From an uncultured Chloroflexia bacterium (lineage in GTDB: Bacteria > Chloroflexota > Limnocylindria > Limnocylindrales > CSP1-4): 64,000 nucleotides of DNA. The first letter of the stretch is position 1. The number at the start of each line of letters is the position of its first letter. The stretch covers positions 416,001-480,000 of the forward strand of contig CAVVJT010000010.1 of assembly GCA_963748625.1 (NCBI GenBank), written 5' to 3'. This document shows positions 57,479 through 64,000 of this stretch, piece by piece. Under the pieces are notes generated by a model. The model was not told the origin of the DNA. It did no database searches and saw nothing but the letters and a program-made list of their open reading frames with translations. The position numbers were made by a program, and so were the translations under genes.

Positions 57479-58828
57479 TCAGGCGTTGCCGCTCCCCTGC
57501 CCCGGGTCCTCGGCTGACCCGGCCGGCTTGACCGGCTTGCCGTCCACGCTCCGGGCCCGCGAGGCATTCGACGCCATGAAGTGGCGCCGCTTGCGCTCGG
57601 CCGGGTCCATCGGCGCCGAGAATGTGTCGACGTCGTCTGCCAGCTCCATCCGCAGCGCCGCGATCTCCGGGCTGTAGGCGGCAGCCGGCGCCAGGGAGGC
57701 CCGTGACTCGCGGAGCAGCATCGCCGCCTCCTCGTACCGGCCCTCCTTGTTGAGGCGCGACGCCGTCACGCGGCCCTGCTCGGCCTGGACCCGGAGTGCG
57801 AACTGCTCCACCTCCGCGTCCGGCTCCTGGGCCTCGTTGCGCTCGTCGGCGGCATAGGTCCAGGCGACGGTCACCGGGATGTCCCCAGCACCGGCGGGAC
57901 GGAAGACGTGCTCGCGGTCCTCCAGGCGGATCACCGCCTGCACGACCGAGTCGATGACGCCGATCGCGAACCGGGCGACCAGCGCGACCTGGACAACCTG
58001 GCCCGAGACCAGGTCGCCGAGATGGACCCTGAGCACCGAGCCGTGCCGCTCGGCCCGGAAGGCTGACACGGCCAGGATCTCGGCGCCGGCCGGGATCTCG
58101 ATCTCCAGGACCACGTCGCGGGCCACCACGTCGAGGGTGTCCCCCACCTCGCTGGTGATGTGGTCGCGCATCTGCGCGAGGTCGCCGATGAAGTAGAAGT
58201 TGCCCCCGCCGTTGTCGGCCATGGCCTGGAGCAGGTGCTCGTCGAAGTCGCGCCCGACCCCGAACGTGCTGGTCGTGATGCCGCGGTCCCGCAGCTCGAG
58301 CGCCTGGCGGCCGAGCTCGGCCGGGTCCTGGATGCCGACGTTGGCGAGGCCGTCGGTGAGCAGCAGGACGCGGTTCACGCCCTCGCCCAGTCCACTGGCG
58401 ATCTCGTTGCAGCCGGTGACCCATCCGCCGTGCAGCGCGGTGCTTCCGCGCGGTTGGACGTGCCGGAGCCGGTCGGCGGCGGTCTGCCGGGCCGTCCCTG
58501 CGGCGTGGCCGCCGGGCATGATCACGTCAATCTGGCTGTCGTAGACGACGACCGCGAACCGGTCCTCGTCGTCCAGCCGGTGGATCGACTCGAGCACGGC
58601 CTGCTTGGCCAGGCTCAGCTTGTCGTGACCGCCCATGGACCCGGAGCGGTCGAGCACGAAGGCGAGGTTCACGGGCGGGCGGCGGCGGGACGGATCGCGC
58701 TCGACGGTTGGCGCGACCACCTCGACCATGAGGTGGCGCTCGGTGCGGACGCGGGTGCGGATGAGGTGGCGGTCGGTGCGGACGCGGATGCCGCCGGCCG
58801 TGGGGCTGGGATCGTTGGGCAGGGTCAT
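57479..58828 (-). CDS. von Willebrand factor A (vWA, YfbK-like) domain protein
   Basis: MIDAS DRSGS, GSTAL, LLTDGLAN, FGVG.DFDE; AAGGAGG RBS. Confidence 0.92.
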   Translation of the reverse strand: MTLPNDPSPTAGGIRVRTDRHLIRTRVRTERHLMVEVVAPTVERDPSRRRPPVNLAFVLDRSGSMGGHDKLSLAKQAVLESIHRLDDEDRFAVVVYDSQIDVIMPGGHAAGTARQTAADRLRHVQPRGSTALHGGWVTGCNEIASGLGEGVNRVLLLTDGLANVGIQDPAELGRQALELRDRGITTSTFGVGRDFDEHLLQAMADNGGGNFYFIGDLAQMRDHITSEVGDTLDVVARDVVLEIEIPAGAEILAVSAFRAERHGSVLRVHLGDLVSGQVVQVALVARFAIGVIDSVVQAVIRLEDREHVFRPAGAGDIPVTVAWTYAADERNEAQEPDAEVEQFALRVQAEQGRVTASRLNKEGRYEEAAMLLRESRASLAPAAAYSPEIAALRMELADDVDTFSAPMDPAERKRRHFMASNASRARSVDGKPVKPAGSAEDPGQGSGNA

Positions 58829-58972
58829 ACAAGGGCCTCCTTCTCGAAGCTTGGTTTCGAGGCCCGGATGGGGCGGGTCTCACGGGATAGCGATGCGTGA
58901 CGCGGGTGGCCGCGGCATCACCGGCCGGGTGATCGATGGTGGCTGGCGGGTCCGGCGGCATGCGCCGGAGGA

Positions 58973-59677
58973 TCACGGCTCGTCTTGGAAGAGCTCCCGG
59001 GCGTAGCGCTCGAGCACCTCGGCGCGCTTGTTGTCATGCGGCTTGAGCGGCCGCCGGACGTGGATCTCGATGTCGGGGGTGATGGTCCAGCGCTCCCACG
59101 TGGACCGGACCGAACGCGAGGGCAGGCGCTCGTCGGGCGACCGATAGGCCTCGACCGAGCGTCGCAGCATGGCGGTGGACCCAGCACGGTCCTCGTGCGC
59201 CGCCGGCGGCTCGGCTGCCGGCAGCAGGTCTTCTTCGGACAGGGATATGGAACGGCCGAGGGCCAGCCGAGGGCTTGCCAGGTCCGGGCGTACCGGCTGC
59301 GCGGAACGATGGACAGCCGGGTGCAGGTTCGGCTCGATGTGGGCTTGCTCCATCAGGCTGCGGATGTAGCCCACGGTGTCCGCGGCGTCGACGGCCATCG
59401 CGGGTGCCGCGGGGGTCGAGCCCGTGGCCACGAGTGCTGCGACGACCTCGTCATCGCTCATCATCTCAAGCCGCTCCCGGATCTCCGCGAGCGGCAGGTG
59501 GTCCCGCTGCAGCCGGCGGATCAGCCGGAGGCGGGCCAGATGCCCTTCCGAGTACCGCGTCGCCGGCCCTGCTGCGTCCGGGGACGGGAGCAGGCCCTGG
59601 GCCACGTAGTAGCGGATCGTCCTGGGGGTGACGTCCGCCAGACGGGCGAGGTCGGCGAGGCTGTAGTCGAGGGGCAT
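58973..59677 (-). CDS. MerR-type HTH protein with a short conserved C-terminal domain
   Basis: YSLADLARLADVTPRTIRYYVAQGLLP...YSEGHLARL; C-terminal RSTWERWTITPDIEIHV. Confidence 0.88.
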   Translation of the reverse strand: MPLDYSLADLARLADVTPRTIRYYVAQGLLPSPDAAGPATRYSEGHLARLRLIRRLQRDHLPLAEIRERLEMMSDDEVVAALVATGSTPAAPAMAVDAADTVGYIRSLMEQAHIEPNLHPAVHRSAQPVRPDLASPRLALGRSISLSEEDLLPAAEPPAAHEDRAGSTAMLRRSVEAYRSPDERLPSRSVRSTWERWTITPDIEIHVRRPLKPHDNKRAEVLERYARELFQDEP

Positions 59678-59683
59678 GGGTGT

Positions 59684-59714
59684 ATCTTGACACTACTACG
59701 TGTCACTGTCAAGA
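59684..59714 (-). promoter_or_regulatory. Leaderless promoter of the MerR gene overlaid by an inverted repeat
   Basis: TCTTGACA-N14-TGTCAAGA; minus strand TTGACA-N17-CAAGAT-N6-ATG. Confidence 0.65.
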
Positions 59715-59803
59715 CCAAGTTTCACGACGCCGGGGCGTCCTCGCGCCCCACGCCGGACCATCGTCGGGTACCCAAGTCGGGCGCCATCTGGCACCCTGCC
59801 ACC

Positions 59804-61444
59804 ATGCGCTTCCCGCTACGCGCGCGATCGTCCATGGCCACAGCCCTGCTCCTGGGCGCCGTCATGGTCACCGGTGCGGCCCCGCCGCCTGTGGCCGCCG
59901 CCGAGCCGGACTTTCCCGCCACGTTGTCGGGCTACCACAACTGGCCCGAGCTGGTGGGCGAGGTCAAGCAGGCCGCGCTCGACTACCCCTCCATCGTGCG
60001 CGTGTCCTCCATTGGCAAGAGCGCCCAGGGCCGCGACATCTGGATGGCCAAGGTCAGCGACAACGTGGCCGAGGACGAGTCCGAGCCGGAGGTCCTGGTG
60101 GACGCCCTCCACCACGCCCGCGAGCACCTGACCACCGAGCAGGCCCTGGTCCTGCTGGGCTGGCTGACCACGGGCTACGGCGCCGACGAGGAGGTCACGC
60201 GCCTTGTCGACGGGCGCGAGGTCTTCATCGTCTTCGCCCTCAACCCCGACGGGATGCGCTACGACTTGACCGGCGACCCGTTCCGCGGCTGGCGCAAGAA
60301 CCGTCAACGGACGGCGTCGGGTGCGCCGCTGTTCACCGACGTCAACCGCAACTACTCGTACCGCTGGGGCTGCTGCGGGGGCTCGTCGGGCAAGAAGGAC
60401 AACGCCACCTATCGCGGCCCGAGGCCCTTCTCGGCCCCGGAGACGCGGGCCCTGCGCAACTTCGTGAACAGCCGCGTGGTGGACGGCGTCCAGCAGATCC
60501 GCACCCACGTCACCCTGCACACCAACGGGGAGCTGATCCTGTGGCCGTACGGCTACACGTATCGCAACGTCCCCGGCGACATGACCGGCCTGGACCACAA
60601 GGTGTTCGTCACCCTGGGCAACGCGATGGCGGCGCTCAACGGGTACCGGGCGCAGCAGTCGTCGGATCTCTACATCACCGACGGCGACCAGATCGACTGG
60701 ATGTACGGCGTCCACCGGATCTTCACGTACACGTACGAGCTGTTCCCCACCGAGAAGGCCACGGTCTGGGGTGACCACTACCCCGACGACTCGCTGATCG
60801 CGGCGCAGACCGCCCGCAACCGGAGCGCGCTCCTGCTCCTGATCGACCGGGCGAGCTGCCCGTATGCCGCGCTCGGCGAGGCCGCGACAGCCGCCGATTG
60901 CGGGCCCCTGTTCGACGACCTGGAAGTCAATCGTGGCTGGACCGTCAACCCGGACGGAACCGATACGGCAGGTGCCGGTGCGTGGGCCGTCGCCGACCCG
61001 ACCCCGGTCGCATCGAGCGGAGCCAAGCAGCTTGACGCAGCCTCGGGGGCGAAGGACCTGGTCACCGGCGCCCGAGCCGGCGCGAGCGTCGGCACCTACG
61101 ATCTCGACGGCGTCACCACGGTGCGAAGCCGGCCGATCCCGCTGCCGGACGACCCCGCGGAGGTCGGCCAGCTGACCTTCCGGTACACGTTCGCGCACAG
61201 TGCGGCAGCCAACGCCGAGGATGCCTTCCGCGCCTACATCGAGGCGGAGGATGGGACGCGGACCCTGGTCCTCGAGGTGCTCGGCGAGCCGCGGGACCGT
61301 GACGCGGAGTGGACGAGCGCATGGCTCCCGGCGCCCGCGGCGTGGTCCGGTCAGACGATCAGGCTGGTGTTCCAGGCCGTGGACGGAGGCACCGCCAACC
61401 TCGTCGAGGCAGCGGTGGACGACGTGCGGATCCGGCGCCCGTAG
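59804..61444 (+). CDS. Secreted M14 zinc carboxypeptidase (carboxypeptidase T-like) with C-terminal beta-domain
   Basis: HHARE, NPDG, WRKNR, DVNRNY, FSAPET, LHT, TYEL; signal peptide. Confidence 0.9.
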   Translation: MRFPLRARSSMATALLLGAVMVTGAAPPPVAAAEPDFPATLSGYHNWPELVGEVKQAALDYPSIVRVSSIGKSAQGRDIWMAKVSDNVAEDESEPEVLVDALHHAREHLTTEQALVLLGWLTTGYGADEEVTRLVDGREVFIVFALNPDGMRYDLTGDPFRGWRKNRQRTASGAPLFTDVNRNYSYRWGCCGGSSGKKDNATYRGPRPFSAPETRALRNFVNSRVVDGVQQIRTHVTLHTNGELILWPYGYTYRNVPGDMTGLDHKVFVTLGNAMAALNGYRAQQSSDLYITDGDQIDWMYGVHRIFTYTYELFPTEKATVWGDHYPDDSLIAAQTARNRSALLLLIDRASCPYAALGEAATAADCGPLFDDLEVNRGWTVNPDGTDTAGAGAWAVADPTPVASSGAKQLDAASGAKDLVTGARAGASVGTYDLDGVTTVRSRPIPLPDDPAEVGQLTFRYTFAHSAAANAEDAFRAYIEAEDGTRTLVLEVLGEPRDRDAEWTSAWLPAPAAWSGQTIRLVFQAVDGGTANLVEAAVDDVRIRRP

Positions 61445-61498
61445 GGGCGCCCCTGCACGAGCGCCCGACCGGGGCTGCCTACGCCCGACCGGGGCTGC

Positions 61499-62272
61499 CT
61501 ACGGCAGGGCGCGCACCATGCCGCCGTCCACCGGGACGATCGCCCCGGTGACGAAGGAGGCGGCCGGCGAGAGCAGGAACGCCCCCACCCGCCCGATCTC
61601 GGCCGGCTCGCCGTAGCGGCCCAGCGGGATCGTGGCCTGGACGCGCCGTGCGATCTCGTCGGGGGTGACGCCCGCGGTCTCGGCACGCTGGCCGTCCAGC
61701 CAGCGGATCCGGTCCGTAGCGATCCGTCCCGGCGCCAGTCCGTTGATGCGAACCGGGGCGATCTCGGCGGTGAGCGTCTTGACGAGGCCAGCGAGGCCCG
61801 GGCGCAGGACGTTGGACGTGGTCAGCGACGGGATCGGCTCGCGGACCGAGGACGACAGCACGATCAGCACCGCCGGATCGCGACCAACCCGCAGATGCGG
61901 GAGCGCGGCGCGCAGGAGGCCGAGGACGGACTTGAGGGTTCCGTCGATCGCCGTCTCCCAGTCCTGCGGCGTGAGGGTGTCGAAGGTGCCACCGGGCGGG
62001 CCGCCCGTGTTGACCACCAGCAGGTCCAGCCCCCCCATGGCCGCGACCGCGGCATCCACAGCCGCCTGCGGGCCGTCGGGCGTGGCGAGATCCGCGACCA
62101 CCGCCACGCCACCCATGCGCGCGGCCTCCGCATCGACGCGCTCGCGGGTCCTGCCGATCAGCGCCACCGTGGCGCCCTCCGCGGCCAGGACCGAGGCGAT
62201 GCCGCCGCCGATCCCCGAACCACCACCGCCGACCAGCGCACGCCGGCCCTGCAAGCCCAGATCCATCCTCAT
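61499..62272 (-). CDS. SDR family oxidoreductase
   Basis: GGGSGIG, NTGGP, SNVLRPGL, PGRIATDR, VDGG. Confidence 0.92.
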   Translation of the reverse strand: MRMDLGLQGRRALVGGGGSGIGGGIASVLAAEGATVALIGRTRERVDAEAARMGGVAVVADLATPDGPQAAVDAAVAAMGGLDLLVVNTGGPPGGTFDTLTPQDWETAIDGTLKSVLGLLRAALPHLRVGRDPAVLIVLSSSVREPIPSLTTSNVLRPGLAGLVKTLTAEIAPVRINGLAPGRIATDRIRWLDGQRAETAGVTPDEIARRVQATIPLGRYGEPAEIGRVGAFLLSPAASFVTGAIVPVDGGMVRALP

Positions 62273-62481
62273 CCTCCCTTCCGTGCCCCGTCAGCGTAGC
62301 GGGCAGGTCGAGGGGCAACCCAACTGCAACCACGTCGTCGCCTGGTCGGGGATGTTGTCGCGTTTCCCGGAGGCGCACCATCCGCTACCCGGAGCGTATC
62401 CGGCTGCACTAGGGATGCCAGCGGAATCGGTCCCGGCCCGCGGACACCACCGCCCCCGTCCCAGCGACACCTACGAGGACC

Positions 62482-62706
62482 ATGACGATGACCTACCCCG
62501 CCTTCGACACCTCCGGGATCCAGGGCGCCGAGGCCCACGCCGGCCCGGTCACCTGCCAGTCCTGCGGTTGCCGGCTGCAGCCCGCCGCCGAGGGCCGCCA
62601 GGGATGGTTCCACTACGCGCCGATGGCCGGCCGCGATGCGCGCGGCTGCCGGGTCGAGTGCGCCGACGCGGTGCACGACGCGCACGGCCGGACGGTGGGC
62701 GTCTAG
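62482..62706 (+). CDS. Small Cys/His-rich hypothetical protein (74 aa)
   Basis: GAGG RBS; motif CxxCGCRL...H...GRDAxGCxVxCADxxHD shared with the downstream paralog. Confidence 0.75.
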   Translation: MTMTYPAFDTSGIQGAEAHAGPVTCQSCGCRLQPAAEGRQGWFHYAPMAGRDARGCRVECADAVHDAHGRTVGV

Positions 62707-62897
62707 GCACCTGTCCGCACCACAACGACACGGCTCCGGGTCACGCCCCCGGGGCCGTTTCGATTCTGCAACCGGGATGCCCCCGGTTCGCGCATGGAGT
62801 GGCGCAGCGTCGAGGTCCACGATCGGTGGCACCCGCCGCTGGCGCAGGGCTCCGTGCCCCGGTCCGGCCCGCACAGCGCTCACCCGAGGGTCGCCCG

Positions 62898-63113
62898 ATG
62901 TCCTACCCCGCCTTCATGCCCGCACCGGCACCCAGCGCCGCCACTGCCGAGCTGGGCCATGCCGTGATCTGCGCCGCGTGCGGCTGCCGCCTGGAGCGCG
63001 CCGAGGACCTGAACGGGTACCTCCACTTCTCGCCCCGGGCCGGCCGCGACGCGAATGGCTGCGTGGTGGACTGCGCCGACAAGGTCCACGACTCGCGCGG
63101 CAAGAGCCTCTGA
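62898..63113 (+). CDS. Small Cys/His-rich hypothetical protein (71 aa), paralog
   Basis: End of ORF 61632..63113: MSYPAF...CAACGCRL...HF...GRDANGCVVDCADKVHD; GAGG RBS. Confidence 0.75.
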   Translation: MSYPAFMPAPAPSAATAELGHAVICAACGCRLERAEDLNGYLHFSPRAGRDANGCVVDCADKVHDSRGKSL

Positions 63114-63215
63114 CCCTCGGGAGCCACGGAGACCGCGGCGCGTGACCCCCGGCTCACCGGGGCCGGCATTCATCCGCGCAGGGATGAATCGAGGGACCTA
63201 TCCAGCGGACGTGAA

Positions 63216-63241
63216 GAAGCCGGGCCTCGCAGCCCGGCTTC
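63216..63241. terminator. Hairpin between convergent genes
   Basis: GAAGCCGGGC-ctcgca-GCCCGGCTTC. Confidence 0.65.
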
Positions 63242-63263
63242 AGTGTTGAGGGGATCGGCGGCC

Positions 63264-63986
63264 TCAGGCCGGCTCGTCGGCCTCGATGCGGTAGCCGACC
63301 GAGCGGACCGCCACGATCCGCGGGCCACCGACGGCCTCCAGCTTGGAGCGAAGGCGCGCGAGGTGCGGCTTGAGCCAGAGCAGATCGGGATCGGGCTCGG
63401 CGGGCCACCCGGCGCGGGCCAGGCGGTGATGCGGCACGAGGTCGCCGCCCGCACGGACGAGGGCCTCGAGGAGGCGGAACTCGGTGGGCGTCAGGCCCAG
63501 CGCGATCGCGCCCACCCGCGCCTCGTGGCGCGCCGGCTCCAGGGAGAGCGACCCCGCGGTCAGGATGCCCGGGGAACCCTCGCCGCTCCCGGCCCGGCCG
63601 GAGGAGGCGAGGTCCACGCGCCGCATCACGGCCGAGATCCGGGCCAGCAGCTCCTGCTTGCCGAACGGCTTCACGAGGTAGTCGTCCGCGCCGATGCCGA
63701 GGGCCTTGACCTTGGCGGCCTCAGCGCTCTCACCCGACACGACGAGCACCGGCACATTCCCCGCCGCCCGGAGCTGGCCGATGACCGTGAAGCCATCGGG
63801 GCCCGGCATCGCCAGGTCCAGCAGGACGAGGTCCGGATGCTCCTCGCGGAACCGCTTGACGGCCGTGAGGCCGTCGTACGCGGTGATGACCTGGTGGCCC
63901 TCGGTGCCCACCAGTGCAGTGATCGCGCCGACCATCGCGGGATCGTCGTCAACGACAAGGATTCGAAGGGGCCGGGTTCCAATCAT
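63264..63986 (-). CDS. OmpR/KdpE-family response regulator
   Basis: ILVVDDD, LLDLAMPG, ADDYLVKPF, LTPTEFRLL, VRSVGY. Confidence 0.95.
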   Translation of the reverse strand: MIGTRPLRILVVDDDPAMVGAITALVGTEGHQVITAYDGLTAVKRFREEHPDLVLLDLAMPGPDGFTVIGQLRAAGNVPVLVVSGESAEAAKVKALGIGADDYLVKPFGKQELLARISAVMRRVDLASSGRAGSGEGSPGILTAGSLSLEPARHEARVGAIALGLTPTEFRLLEALVRAGGDLVPHHRLARAGWPAEPDPDLLWLKPHLARLRSKLEAVGGPRIVAVRSVGYRIEADEPA

Positions 63987-64000
63987 CGGTGTGTACCTCA

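Overview
Very GC-rich bacterial DNA, apparently chromosomal. The (AT-E-A-P-M)n linker lipoprotein, frequent leaderless genes and gene content suggest a Chloroflexota-like organism; this is inference only. About a dozen single-base frameshifts in otherwise intact genes suggest uncorrected long-read errors. Main blocks: (1) Lrp plus PLP sulfhydrylase/gamma-lyase, an HExxH membrane peptidase and transporters; (2) a complete cobalamin-dependent methyltransferase module (URO-D/MtaA-like MT, corrinoid protein, pterin-binding MT, ASKHA/RACo activator, DUF1638) with a divergent GntR and second corrinoid protein; (3) a split xanthine/nicotinate-dehydrogenase-family molybdoenzyme operon; (4) a ~32 kb duplicated inositol/cyclitol catabolic island (2x iolD, 2x iolB, 4 IolE-like, 3 Gfo/Idh/MocA plus one just upstream, mmsA/iolA, ABC transporter, 3 LacI, IclR); (5) vWA + MerR, an M14 carboxypeptidase, an SDR, two paralogous small Cys/His proteins and a response regulator. 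The island has no iolC kinase or iolJ aldolase, and both iolB copies are coupled to atypical transaldolase-family genes. Non-coding highlights: four highly diverged but exactly 109-bp palindrome-bounded elements, two of which bracket an XRE-HTH/PD-(D/E)xK nuclease gene; a second 108-109 bp family; and a LacI-type operator (TGYAATCGRTTRCA) recurring about 9 times. No rRNA, tRNA, CRISPR array or transposase was recognised.
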